DNA of 64,000 bases from Felis catus. Lineage: Eukaryota. Position 1 is the first letter of the stretch, and each line of letters starts with the position of its first letter. A program made the position numbers and the translations under genes. Below, piece after piece: positions 48,871 to 62,281 of the stretch. The notes under the pieces are model-generated. The model was not told the DNA's origin and did not search any database. It worked only from the letters and a program-made list of their open reading frames with translations. The stretch covers positions 3,660,001 through 3,724,000 of the forward strand of contig NC_058369.1 in the NCBI RefSeq assembly GCF_018350175.1. Reading direction: 5' to 3'.

Positions 48871-51072
48871 AGACTCGCGGTACTTTAAATGTGAATTAGG
48901 TAGAGCGGGTGCTCTAATGGTTTGGCTGAAGGCTTACTCCCAGGACTTGGTTCTCGTCTCCCTGGATGGAGCAGCCGGTTGAGCTGCTGGAGGGCGGGGT
49001 CCTCTGGGTCCCAGGCACAGCTCTGCACGTGGGCTCCGAGTACGCTTCGGTCTTACAAAGGTCAGCGCAAGTATTCCCGCTGGAGGCACAAGTCTGGGTG
49101 GGTTACGAATTCCCCCGGATCCTACCACCCTGGATCTTGGCCCCGGCTCTCCGGGTCACTGCCGTGTCCGGTGGACTGCGTCTTTCCGTTTCCCTGACCA
49201 ACTGCGCCTTCGTCTTTGTTGGGGCGTGCGTGCTTTTCTCCTTGGATTCCGTGGATTCTTTTCTCTTTAAGCGTCGCTGCAGTGAGCGTCCTGGCTGCTG
49301 GTTCTTCGAGGTGGGCTTGTGAGCGCGGGCGCTTGGAGCGTGGACGCCTTTTATATCTCGAGGTGGGTTGCTCGTTTGTCCCCAGGAAGGCGGTCGGGGT
49401 TGGTGCTCCCACGGTGGCTGGAGGTTCTCGTCATACGGACGGCAGCCCCAGCGTCCGTCTGTCCTTGTCATCTGTCACCTCCCAGTCGCCTCTTTTTTGA
49501 ATGACCGGTTCGTAGCCGCTGCCCACCTGTTAAACTGGCGCGCTCGTGTTTTTTCTTGATTCGCGACGGGAGTTCTCAAACCGTTTGATATCTCTGAACC
49601 GGGCCGTTCTCGGGTGGGGTGGGGAGGGGGTGTCCCGGGCACCGTGGGGTCTGAGCAGCATTCCTGGCCCCACCCGCTGGATGCCAGGAGCCCCCCAGCG
49701 TGGCAGCCACAGATGTCCCCAGATGTCGTCTGGGGGCAGGATCGCCTCCGGTTGAGAAAAGCATCTTATAATAACCTTTCCTGCATTAGGGCTGTTAGCA
49801 CCCTTTTGTGTCACACATTTTTTTTTTTTTGTTTTTTTCTCAGCTTCCCATTTATCTTTCAGCTTTATTTTTGATGTGTTGGTACATAGAATCTTTGCAA
49901 GTTTATTGCCAGATTTGTCTTTTCCTCTAAAGTTCCTGGTCTTGTGACCTGCTTGGAGAGGTCTCCCCCTCCCCCCGCCCCTCACTAAGATTATAAAAAC
50001 GTTGGCCAGCGTCTCCCCCCTTGGACTCTTGGGACGTTCACGAAGGCCCGCGGTCTGGAGGCTACGGGGCAGCGGAGCGCCGGGGCTTTCACGCGTCTCC
50101 CTGCTGGTGGGCTCGGCCCCCCTTTTGCTCGCGGCGTGGCCTCAGACCAGTCACTCCGCCGCCCCGTGCCTCAGTTTCCTCCTCCGTGAAATGGGCTGCG
50201 GTCGCAGTACCTGCTTCCCAGGGTCGGGGCCGGTCAGACGTGCCAGGCGTTTAGAGCCGTGCCGGCACCGGGGTTAACTGTGCCCTCTGCGTCGGCCCTT
50301 CCCCCCTGCTGTCATCTCACCCCACCGTGGGCTCCGAGGGACGGCCCAGAGCGGACTCCAGAAGGAGGGTGGGGCTCGGGGAGGCCAGCGAACCTGTCCA
50401 GGCTCACCGGGGCCGGAAGGGAGGAGCAGGGCCTCTCTGGGCACATGACTCGTGTACCGGCGCGTGGCCCAGCCCCGGCCCCACCCGCTGCCCACGCACA
50501 GTCACAGGGCACGTTTGTGGAGACCTAGGAAGGTTGTTTGGTTAATGATTATGGTTTTACGTGGTGACTTACGGAACACCTGAGACCTCTGCGTGTGAAT
50601 AAAGAAAGGGCTGGTGTTCCGAGCCTCTGCTAGGCCTCTCTGGCTGTGCAGGGAGCTTGCTCGGGGGTCCCCGAGGAAGCTGGCATCCGGCCCTCTCTCT
50701 GCGTGGCTCCAGCCCCTTGCCCGTGGCCGTGGGCCAGGCGGACAGGTGGCCTTTGCCCGCGCTGCTTCCCGGACCCCGTGGAGCCGAGTGGAGATGTAGG
50801 TGGGCTGGCAGACCCCGTGTTTGCTCCTGATGCGCGAAGCAGGTGCGAAGCAGGTGCCTGCAGCCGAGTCCGCGGCGCTCCCAGCTCCAGGCCTCCTGCC
50901 CAAGCACTCCCGCCTGTGGTTACTTTTCCAACCCGGGTGCTTCCTCTTTAATTCTTGCCGTGAACGTTTTTAGAGGCAGATTTTCAGATTTACGGAAAAG
51001 TTGCAAGAATAACACAGAGAATTCCGGGATGCGTTTCTCCCGAGTGTGAACGTTTCACTCGTCTGCTCTGTT

Positions 51073-51073
<1 letters not shown>

Positions 51074-51109
<36 letters not shown>

Positions 51110-51203
51110 TCCCTCTCTCTCTCCCCCCCCTCTCTCCCCCTCTCCCTCTCCCTCTCCCTCTCCCTCTCCCTCTCCCTCTCCCTCTCCCTCTCCCTCTCCC
51201 TCT
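51074..51203. repeat. Homopyrimidine tract (CT)n/(CCCTCT)n
   Basis: ~130 nt with only C and T on the + strand, inside an old L1MC-like fragment (~50960-52300). Confidence 0.95.
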
Positions 51204-52504
51204 GCACTTTCCCTGAGCTGTTTCAGAGAGATGCCCCTTTACCTCGAAATACTTCCGTGTTCAGTTCTTCCAGACAAGACAATCTGTCTTCCCGACAACT
51301 TGTCAAAATCAGGAAATTAATTCTCGAAATTCTCAAGAGAGAGTCTGGGATCCCACACCGTGTTCAGTTGTCAGACCGGTTTTGTTTCCTTTAACCTGGA
51401 ACCGTTCCTGAGTGTGTTTGGAGTTCATGACTTTGACCTTTGGGAGAAGACAGGCTGGTTATTCTGTGGGATGTCCCTCAATGTGGGTTTGTCTGACGCT
51501 TCCTCCCCGTTACGTACTTTTGGCAGGAACATCCCACAAGTGACCTTCTGTCCTTCTTTGTACGTTGTATCCGGAGGCCCCTGGGGTCGGTGTGTTCCAT
51601 GTCTGGGGATATTCACCTCCATCTCTGGGGTAAGCAGGGATCTCTGTCCTAAAGTTACTACTTTTCAATTAGCACTTGGTAAGTTTCTTGCGGGGAGATA
51701 GTCTGAGACCACGTGGACGCCTCTCCTCCAGCGTCCACTGTCGGTCTTAGCGGCCCTTGTCAACTCAGGCCAAAGGAGGATCGATTCCATCGTTCCTTTT
51801 GCATTCGTTGATTGGTTTTCCGCTGTAGGGACAAGCTGTCTCTTCTTCCCCGTTTGTTTGTTTATATCCGTGTGGGCTCGTGGATTCTTACCCGATCCAG
51901 TAGGTTGTGATCCGGTGCCGTCATTATGGTCCCAAATTTATCCGGAGGAAGAGCCCCTCGAGGTGGCTCGTTGTGTCCCTTGGCATGTCCTCGCCGTTCC
52001 GTGCGTGCTTCCTGACTTTGGGACGCAGTGGGCGTCCCAGGCCCGTCCTGTGCTCTCCCTGCCCCTCCTCTGGGGTCGACCACTTCTCCACGGAGCCTTG
52101 TTCTTGTGGACAGTGCCGTTCAGAAACCAAGATCTGGGTGTTTCCTGTGCTCATCGTCAATGGGGTGTCTGTGCTTCTCGGCCCTCTCGTTGGCCAAAGC
52201 TGGGAATGATTACCCATGTGCGAGTATCGGCATTCCTGTGATACGTGCGCGTATATCACACACACAGATGTTTCTGCTTCTGGCATACGCACATATGCAC
52301 GCCGGTGCCCAGGGGTTCACGTTGAGATTTCCACGCCCAGTGCCCCCCCGCAGGCTCCTTGCTGTCTTCTGCGTTCCTATGTTATAACCCCCTCTCTGTC
52401 AGCAAGAACTCGGCCTCATCACCAGCTGTAAAAGAAGCCTGTGGAGTAGAAGTTAATAATTTGTTGGATCTTTTATTTCCAAGGCATATGGTTGCAAAAT
52501 TGTG

Positions 52505-55500
52505 GTTTTTTGAAAATGTTTGTTTATTTTGAGAGGGAGAGAGAGGGCACGAGTGGGGAGGGTCAGAGAGAGAGAGGGAGAGAGAGAAAATCCCAAGCAG
52601 GCTCTGCACCGTCAGCACAGAGCCTGACGCGGGGCACGAACCCATGAACCGCGAGATTATGACCTGAGCTGAAGTCGGACACTTAACCCACTGAGCCACC
52701 CAGGCGCCCCTTAAATTTTTTTTTTAATGTTTGTTTATTTTAGAGAGAGAGAGAGAGAGATAGACAGACAGACAGACATAGTGCAAGCTAGGGAGGGGCA
52801 GAGAGAGAGGGAGACACAGAATCTGAAGCAGGCTCCAGGCTCCGAGCTGTCAGCACAGAGCCAGACGTGGGGCTCGAACCCACGAACCGCGAGATCGTGA
52901 CCTGAGCCGAAACCAATAGTTGGACGTTTGACTGAACCACCTAGGCGCCCCCAAAATTGTGTTTAAAAGTGGCCTGGGTTAGTCTTCCTTTTTTCTTTAC
53001 TGTGGTTCTATTATTTACCTGAAATCTGGCTTGTGTTTATTTGTAGTATTTGTTAGAGAATTCCTCCCCCTCCCCAACTCTTGTTGATTTCATTCATTCA
53101 TTCACTCATTCATTCATCCAGGAGGCGGGACATTAGCAGGACTGTGCAGAAAGACGTCTGGAGACAGATGCCACCCCTCCTTGCAGGGAATGATCTCAGT
53201 CGTCTCTGGCTTATCCTTCCACTGCTCCTCAAAAGAGCAGACGTGTGTGTCGTCTCCTGTCCCCGCCTTTTTCACATTAAGTGTCGCACAGTAAACTTGA
53301 ACTCTGCGCTTTTCACTGAAGGGCGTATCCTGGAAGCCTCTTCACCTGGCCATGGCGACGTCCTCTTCTGCGCAGCCGCATGGTGTCCACCGTGGGGCGC
53401 GGCACGGTTATTTCAGCCTCCCCTGTGTCTGGGCGTTTAGGTTGTTTCCAGTGTCTGACAGTTGTAAACGGCGCTGCAGCGAAAGCCCTGGCGTGTAGGT
53501 ACTTTTGTATTCGTGGGAGAGCATCTTCGGGGTGAATTTCTAGCAGCGAGATCGCTGGGCCAGAAGTGAAGCGTAGATGTGTTTCGTCAGCTTCTGCCCA
53601 GTTCGCTTCCAGAGGGTGGTATGGGTTTACTCCCATCGGCCCTGTGGGATGACAGGTCTGGTCCCCCCAGCCTTATCAGCAGGATGTGCCGTGTGGTTTT
53701 AATTAGCATTTCGGGAATGATGAGGGAGGCTGAACAGTATTTAATATGTCAGAGACCATTTTTACATCTTTTCTGTGAACTGCCTGTTCATACTTTTAAC
53801 CCCTTTTTAAAATTTTTTAAATTTTTATTTATTTTTAATGTTTGTTCATTTCTGAGACAGAGGGAGACAGAGCATGAGTGGGGGAGGGGCAGAGAGAGAG
53901 GGAGACACAGAATCCGAAGCAGGCTCTGGGCTCCGAGCTGTCAGCACAGAGCCCGACACGAGTCTCGAGCTCATAAAGTGTGAGATCATGTCTGAGCTGA
54001 AGTCGGATGCTCGACCAGCTGAGCCACCCAGGCGCCCCTTCCACCCCTTTTTAAATGGGATTTCTTGCCTTTCCTCCCTTGTAAAACTCTCACATACATT
54101 AGGGAGGTTAGCCATGAGCCCTTTGTGGTATTTTTATAAATATTTGTTCTGAGTTTCACCAGTTGCATTTTGTCTATTTTTTTTATTAAAAAAATTTTTT
54201 TAAATGTTTATTTTTGAGAGAGAGAGACAGAGCGTGATCAGGGGAGGGGCAGAGAGAGAGTGGGAGACACAGAATCGGAAGCAGTCTCCAGGCTCCCAGC
54301 TGTCAGCACAGAGCCTGACACGGGGCTCGAACTCACAAACCGTGAGATCATGACCTGAGCCAAAGTTGGACGCTTAACTGACTGAGTCCCTCAGGTGCCC
54401 CTTTTTAATTAAAAAAAAAAAAAATTTTTTTTAATGTTTATTTTTGAGAGAGACAGAGACGAAATGTGAGTGGGTTAGGGGCACAGCGAGAGCATGCGTT
54501 TTGACTTTTTAATGGGGGATTTTTTGTTTTTGTTTATTTGCCCTGAAGCAGTATGTGTGTTTTGAAATAATTTTTGATATAGTAGAGTTTATGGATCTTT
54601 CTTTTTCTATCGTGTCTGGATTTGGAGTCCTAATTGGAAAGGCTTTTTGGTGCTGAGTCGGAGGGGGACTCCGCGTGGTTTTTCCCAGCACTCGTGTGGT
54701 CACCTGCTCTTCGTGCAGACCCCTCATCCATTGGGATGTACAGTCTGACTGCCTTTTCCTAAAGGGCTGCCCAGTTGACCCAGCACCGTTGATTGAAAGT
54801 CCATCCTTACCCAGTGCTTCGAGATGTTACTCTTGTCTCCCTCCCTGATCTGTGGCCCCTAGCCGCCGGAGGAGGTCACCGTTGAGAAAGACACGTACGA
54901 GCACGCTCGCTCCTTTCCAACATGTGAAGTGCGTGCCGTGGGTCCCGCAGAACAGGGCCGATCACCTCCAGGCATCTCACAGCTCGGGGCACCAGGCCAG
55001 AAACTTCCCAGGCCCTGGCGCTCCCTCAGAAGTCTGTATTTAGCAACACCCCCCCCCCCCCAGGTGCCAAGGTGTTGGCCGCCTTTCATGCTCCAGACCC
55101 TGCAGGGGAGGGTCCTGTAGAGGCGTCTGGGCGGACGGGGAGGCCGTGTGTCCTGAACGTAAAGGCAGCTGGTTGGTAGGAGGTGGGCGTTTTCTAAAAA
55201 AGAGGTGTGGCCAGGTTCCCCTTCAGAGACCCCCCCGCACGGCCACCAGGAGCACAGGTCGGTGAGGGTGTCGTGCCACCCCACGTGTCATCAGATCTGC
55301 CCGCTTTCCCCGAGGGAGCCTCTGTTTTCCTTTTTTTAAAGTTTATTTTGAGAGAGAGCGAGAGCGCATGGGAGAGGGGCAGAGAGAGAGGGAGAGAGAG
55401 AGTCCCAAGCAGGCTCGAGCCTGATTATCCGCACAGAGCCTGACTCGGGGCTCGAACCCCAGACAGTGAGATCATGCCCTGAGCCGAAATCAAGAGTTGG

Positions 55501-56570
55501 ATGCTTTTTGGTTTTTTGGAAATAAGTACCATTTTGTGAAAATGTTTATTTTTGAGAGAGAGAGCACAAGCAGGGAAGGGGCAGAGAGAAGTGGGGGCAG
55601 AGATCCAGCACTGACAGCAGAAAGCCCAGTGTGGAGCTCGAAGCCACAAATCATGAGATTATAACCTGAGCTGAAGTTGACACTGAAAAACAACTGAGCC
55701 ACCCAGGTGCCCCAGGCTGAGTGAGCCCGTAACAAGTGCCATTTGTGGAGGGCTTGCAGTGTGCCGGGGACTCCTTTAAGTGCTTATGTCGGTTGCCTTA
55801 TTTAAGCCCCCACAACTGCACGAGTAGGGCATTAACATGGTGACCCCACTTTACAGATGAGGAAACTGAGGCCCAGTTAGGAACTTGCCCCAGCTCACAT
55901 GACTGGAGCTTGACCCAGGCCTCTGGAGCCTGTGGTTGTCCCCACGACACCACCATGCTCTCCAGGGAGAAAGTTGGTGAACACAGAGGACATAGTGTGA
56001 AAAGTGTCATCATTTCAGGAACAGGCCCCGACTGCCCCGTTACCACTTTCTCTGGGGTTTTGGCCTCCTTTTTCCTCCCTTGCTCTGTGGCTGTGGTGTT
56101 GGTGTTGCGTCTAGAAACCATTGCCTAATCCGTGGTCACAAAGGTTAATTCATGTGTCGTCTTCTAAGCGTTTTCTAGATTGAGCTCTTGCGTTTCGACC
56201 TAGGATCCATTTTGAGGTGAGTTTTGCATGTGGTGTGAGGTAGGGGTCCACCTTCATTCTTTCTCGCACGGGGGGCCGGTTGTTGAAAAGAGTGTTCTTT
56301 CCCCTTCGACTGGTCTTTGCAGCTCCGGGAAAATCAGCTGGCTTTACAAGTGCAGATTTATTTCCGGGGGCGGCTGGGTGCCTCCGTCGGTTGAGTGTCC
56401 GCCTCTCGACGGCTCAGGTCACCATCTCGCGGTTTATGCGCTCAAGCCCCCATCGGGCTCTGGGCTGACCGCCCGGAGCCTGCTTTGGATCCTCTGTCCC
56501 CCTCTCTCTCTGCCCCTCCCCTGCCCATGCTCGAGCGCTCTCTCTCTCTCGCAAAATAAACAATTAAGAC
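52505..56570. mobile_element. SINE-dense block (about seven minus copies and one plus copy at ~56367-56566) within old LINE-1 remnants
   Basis: Repeated SINE motifs at ~52505, 52715, 53805, 54180, 54405, 55330, 55535 and 56367. Confidence 0.85.
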
Positions 56571-59500
56571 ACAAGTGTGGATTTATTTCTGGACTGTCGA
56601 TCTCTTGTGTCGATCTCTGTGTCCGTCCTCGTGCTGGTGCCACACTGTCTAGTTTACTGTAAGTGTTGTCATCCTGAGTTGTGTCTGCTGTTGGGGGTGG
56701 GCAGTAAGGAAGGTAATGTGGTTCTTACGTCTCCACGTAACGAGACCAGACCCTTCTTCGTCGGGATCCACACAGCCTGGGGCGCCCGCCACGTCCCTGA
56801 CTGAGCCATCACGACGTCCACGGTTGGGTTTCAGTGCCCCTCAGGATACGGAGGGTTTGGCGCGAGGCTGTGAGTAAGAGGGTCTTTGGCCAGCATGGGA
56901 AGATCGATGAGACGTGTCGCTTCCTGGCCTCTTGCAGGCAGGGAGGAGCTGACACTTGGGTTCGGCAGCCTGGGTCTTCCGTGGGTCCTGAAGCTAGCTT
57001 GCAGTGTGGCGTCAGCTTGCTTTTCTTCGCTTGTCGGTCTGGATCTTTTTACAGCCACTCTCTTCTTGCAGCTAAAACCTGCTGTGCAGCGAGCTTCAGA
57101 GCACAGAGGTAAAGGTTGGCTTTTTTTTTTTTTTTTTTGAGTTTTTATTTGGAAACAATTTTAGACGGATTGAAATGTTACAAAGACAGCATCGAGAGTT
57201 CTCGGGTACTTTTCAGCCACCTCCCCGCTGCTAGCATGGAACATAACTGCAGAATAACCCACACGAAGCAGGCAGCACAGAGCAAGGGTATTTACCAAAC
57301 CACAGCCTTTATTTGGATTCCGCCAGCTGTCACACGCGTGTCCCCGTTCTGCCCCAGAGCCCCACCCGGGACCCTGTACCGCGTTCAGCCATCACACCTC
57401 CGGCTCTTCGGGGCTGGGACCGTTTCCGTCTTTGCTGATTCTCTTGTGACCTCGGTGCTTTTGGAGAACGCTGGTCGGGGATCCTGCGGGACGTCCCTCA
57501 GCGTGCCTCGTGCCCGGTGTTCTCTGGGGTTCGGAGGCAGGTCACGCGGTGTGGGACAGGCTGCGTTCTCTGTGCCGCCAGCCGCTGTGTCTCTTTGCCG
57601 GTGGGTGACGTCAGCCCCCGTCCCACGGTTACGGCGGTGCCGCCGCCCGGGGGTCTGCAGGGAAAGGTGCTGCTTTTCCCGTCGGGACTTTGAGACGGTG
57701 CCGACGCCCTGTTTCCTCTCACACCTGTGCCCGTCCGTTGCGGCACCTGCCGGGCATCTCCCTGCGCTGGTTTTTACTGTGGCTCTGGCTGCTTCTCCGT
57801 CTGTGAATTGGAATTCTTTTGTGGAAGAGGGCGGCCCCTTCTGCCTCCTTTGTGCTATGTTTTGAATTTTGCGCCAGTGCAGAGTTAGGAGCATTTATTC
57901 TGTCCTGCGCGTTGTAGTCCGGCACCGTCACCATTCTGTCGCCTCAGTGGCCCTTGGCTTTGGCCATTGGGCGCTCCTCGACTGGGGTCCTGTGTCCTTC
58001 CTCCGTGACCACACCCTCTAGGGAGGGTTGCCTTCCTTCCTGCTCCTCCGAGGCGCTGGAGATGCTCTCGCGGCTCACCTTGTACATTTCCTGCCTCAGC
58101 CCCGGAATAGGACACCTCTCCACGTTGGAGAATGGCATTTGAGAACGGTGAGCTGGGTGTCGGGGGGTGTCGGGGCCTCTCCTGCCAGTCGACAGAGCTT
58201 GGGAATGGGAATCCGAACCCACGCACGCCTCCGTGCGCGCCTGTGTTCATTTCTGCGTCCATCTGTCTGTATATGTACGTTTTTCGGAAAGCCGGAGTTC
58301 ATACTGATCTGACGATAGTGTGTTCAGGTCGGTGGACCTTCTGAGGCTTTGGGGGTCTCCCTGCCTTGTGAGGGGCACGAATAGCCCCTGTAGGCTTGGG
58401 TGGAGAGCAGGGGATGCCGGGCCCCTTTGGAGGGCCACCTGGGGCTTGTGGCCGTGGACGAGCAGGCAGAGTTGGGCGTCCGGTCCTCCTGGCCAGGTAG
58501 CTGAATGAGTAGGTGAGGGCTCCCTTCCCATCTGGCCCGGAGGCTGCCCAGTCAGCGCTCTGCCTCCCAAAACCCGGGCCCAGCTCCAGGGCACGAGTGG
58601 GCAGTGTGGTCTGGTGTGGGCCAGCCCTCCAGACCTACCCTGAGGGTCAGCCCTGGACAGCTGAGAGCTGGTAGGACCAGGGGACTCAGGGGTTCCTTAC
58701 CCAGCCAAGCAGGGGGTTCCCCAGAGAGGCCACCAGGTGGTGGCAGTCCCTCATGCCTCAGCCTTGAGGTGCAGCTGGCTTTTGCTGCTTCCTGGCCCCG
58801 CCTGCCTGCCCTTTGGGGGGGTGGGGGCGTGAAGCGAACACCACCCAGCCTGCTGCCTCAGCCTCTGCGTGCCCGCGGTCAGAGTAACAGCCTCTTCCAG
58901 TGGTCAGATTGTGCCTTTTTAAAGGAGGGATGGTCAGACGGTGCCTTTTAGGGACATCGATGTCTGATGTCTCAGGTCGCCACTGCAGGCTCTTACCTTG
59001 TTGCAACCGGACTCCCCTCCCGGGTTCTATTCTTAGCGCCCCAGATTTCCCGGGGCCCACAGTGAGGTCAGCGGCTGGGGCGGGCCAGCCTGGGCAACAG
59101 GAAGCATCAAACCCAGCCTGCCTTGCCCGGGCCTTTCTGTTTTGTTTTTCTTTAAAAACGTTACTCAGACTTTATTTTTTTAAAGCATCTTGCTGGGACA
59201 GAGAAATTGAGAGTGCTCCCCGCACCCCACACGGTCTCCCCACTGGGACCTCCTCTCAGGCTGGAGCATTTGTTGCAGTTAATGAACGAATGTTGATACA
59301 TTCTTAGTAAGTAAAGTCCGCACTCTGTTCAGCTCCATGCTCCGTGACAGTTTCGAGAGGCCCGGGCAAGGGGTTTTCTAGAAGGCCCTTCCTTGGGTGC
59401 GTCTGCTGCTGTTCTCGTAGTGAGACTGGGGCGATGGGTTTAGGGAGGAGGACCCCCCGAGTGAAGCGCCCTCCCCCTGACACCACCTCGGCGGTGCGTG

Positions 59501-60857
59501 CTGTCACCGCGGTGTTGGCCTTGGTCCCCCGGCTGAGGTGGGCCGTCCGGTGTCTCCACTGTAAGCTCACTCCCTTCCCTGTTCCCATGCTGTCCTGTTT
59601 GGGAGGCTGTCACTGTGCCCGGCCCACGCTTCAGGGCCCTGAGGCCAGGCTCTGGCATCCCAGCACCTCCAGGGTGGCTGCTGGCCAGCCGTGTGGGGGC
59701 GGGGGGGGGGGGGGGTAGGGGACGCGGCCCCTGAAGGAGCAGTGGAGGCGGGTGGGCCTGGCCCCTTGGTCACTGTGGACATGGGTCAGGGTGGACAGAG
59801 GCTGTCTTTGGGCTGTGGCCACAGAACTGGGGCCCGACCCCGGCCTCCCAGCTCGGGGGTCAGTGCCGTTGTCCCCCGGAGCAGGAGGGTAGTAGGACCC
59901 ATGGTCTTGGTGGCCCGGCAGCGCTGGGTCTGTCCAGCTGAGAACCGCGGGCCCCGGTTGGTGGTCTCTGCCTTTCAGACCACGTGCTGGTGGGTGTGGC
60001 CCATGCCCAGCGTGGGAACAGCCTGTGCAGAGACCGTCAGGAGCGAGGAGGGAGACACGTGATCCCCTCGACACAGGAGCAAAAAAGCCCGAGGCCAGCA
60101 GCTCGCGGCCTAGAGTCCGCTCCGTCAGTGGAAGTGAAGAGATCTCTCCACGCCCCTGAAATGCGGGAAATGCACACAGAGGCCACCGTGTGAGTGTCCC
60201 TGTGCCGCTGTAACGGGGAACCACGCTTCGTGACTGAAAACCGCGCACACCGATGCTCCCCATCGGGAGGCCAGGACGCGGGCACGGGTCTCACGGGGCT
60301 GCCGCCGAGGCGTGGGCAGGGCCGGCTCCGTCCGGCGGCTCCGGCGGGAGTCCGTTCTTTGCCTGTGCGGCTTCGAGGGGCACCACCTTCCTCCTTCCCA
60401 GTGTGACGGTGCGGCCTCTGCTCCTGTTGTCGTGTGGCCTTCTCTGACCCTCCTGCTCCGCCCGTGACCGAGGGTCATCTTCCCGCCTGAAGGTCCTTAA
60501 CCTGCAGAGTCCCCTCTGCTGCGGAAGGGAGCCGGGCCTCAGGTTGCAGGGATGAGGGCTTGAGGGCGTGGACATCCTGGGGGCTGCGCTCTGCCAGCCA
60601 CACCTCCAGGGCGGGGTCCTCAGACTTGAGCCTTGCCTCCGGCAGGTGCTAGCCGGGCTGTGGAGGGGGAGGCAGCTGTGCGGGGCGCAGGCGCAGGCCG
60701 GGGAGGCCTCGGGATTTTATTTACCTTGCCCAGAAGAGGGGCGCAGCCCGAGGTCGGGCAGTCCCGCAGCTTGACGCTTTCAACCCGGGGGTCTGACCTG
60801 GGAAGAGACCGTGTGATCTGTTTAATGGGGTCGTGCTCAAGAATTTAAAAAACCCAT

Positions 60858-61062
60858 GGGGCGCCTGGGTGGCGCAGTCGGTTAAGCGTCCGACTTCAGC
60901 CAGGTCATGATCTCGCGGTCCGTGAGTTCGAGCCCCGCGTCGGGCTCTGGGCTGATGGCTCGGAGCCTGGAGCCTGTTTCCGATTCTGTGTCTCCCTCTC
61001 TCTCTGCCCCTCCCCCATTCATGCTCTGTCTCTCTCTGTCCCAAAAAAAAAAAAAAAAAAAA
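60858..61062 (+). mobile_element. Young felid SINE with pure polyA tail
   Basis: 17-bp TSDs AAGAATTTAAAAAACCC (60839-60855, 61063-61079). Confidence 0.95.
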
Positions 61063-61725
61063 AAGAATTTAAAAAACCCGACAAAAATAAGAGAAAACGT
61101 GGGAGCATCCGGGAGAGCTGATAGCCCGGGTTGTCCAAGGTGCCGGGGCTACACCGAAGGTTGGGAGTCTTGTCCTGTGTCCACTCAATAGTGTTGGGGT
61201 GTCTCTGTGCCCAGCGGCGCATTCACTGGCTCGGACCCTGCCCTCCGTGGGATCTTGGCCCCGTACAGCCCCTGCCCTGTCCTCTGCCTGTGCTCTCCGC
61301 CTGCCGGGGGTGTCATCACTGGTCGCCAGACATACGTGTTGTCCCTGTGACTCTCCTCCTTGGAGGGGTGCCTTTCTGACTGGGGGGCTTTGGAGGAGGC
61401 AGAACTTCTTATAAACCTCTGAGGAGCTGCCGGAATCTTAAGGTTTCCAGAAGCTCCTTTGGTTTAATTTGATTGTCTCATGGAGTCCTCACTTCGTCAG
61501 CTACTGATTTTTAGGGGCTGAGCCTAAAACGGGCAGTTGTTGCAGGACTTCAATGGGGAAAGTGCTTACAGCTATGATTTTACTGTTCTTGCAAATTGGC
61601 AAGGATTTGGAAATGTCTGGGTAAAGGCAGTATCCTTGGGCTACACGCAGCTGTTAGGAGTAGAGTCTGGAATTGAGATTGAAGCATGCGATCCGTTCAC
61701 CGTGCTTTTATTTTGTGCACCGTAG

Positions 61726-61823
61726 GAACCATCACCCTTGCCGGGACCTGATAGAAACCCCTGCCAGCTACGGGGCACCTGTCCTCCGCGGCCTTGGCTC
61801 TCCAGTACGACCGGGACTCTGAA
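61726..61823 (+). other. KDM4B: KDM4B non-coding exon 2 (5' UTR)
   Basis: ttttattttgtgcaccgtag|GAACCATCAC...CTCTGAA|gtaagt; 98 nt, no ATG; the start matches recalled human KDM4B exon 2 (GAACCATCAC). The coding exons lie beyond the window. Confidence 0.8.
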
Positions 61824-62281
61824 GTAAGTGCTCGGGCCCTAGGCCCAGGTGGCCACAGGAGAGCGAGGCACTGAAGGCTGCGGCTCCCCCCGGGGCAGCC
61901 CGTCAGGCCTGCACGCACGCTGGGAGAAGGCGGCTGCTGTTTGGCCCTGAGTTCAGGGCTGTCCGGGGCCCGGGAGCCTTTGCGCAGAGGAGCCCAGAAC
62001 CCTCGGGGTGGCTCTGCTGGCCGCTCCTCCTCTAGTCCGGCACTCACGTTTGCGCTCCCGTCCTTCAGCGTCCGAGTGACAGTGCTGTGCCTCGCCATGG
62101 CGCATTTCGGGGGACGCGGGCATCGCCCCGCTTGAGCTGCCCCATCTGCGTCGTGTGGATCAGGACCTGGCTCGTCCAGGGGCACGTTCACCCCAAAGCA
62201 CGCCCTGCAGGAAATGGTGACCAGTCACAGTGGAGAAGGGGGGGGGGGCTCTAAAAATGGAGAATTACTTTAAAATACCTT

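Noticed and set aside
57606..57613. Perfect CRE TGACGTCA
   Set aside because: An 8-mer expected about once per window by chance, and inside an old L1 fragment
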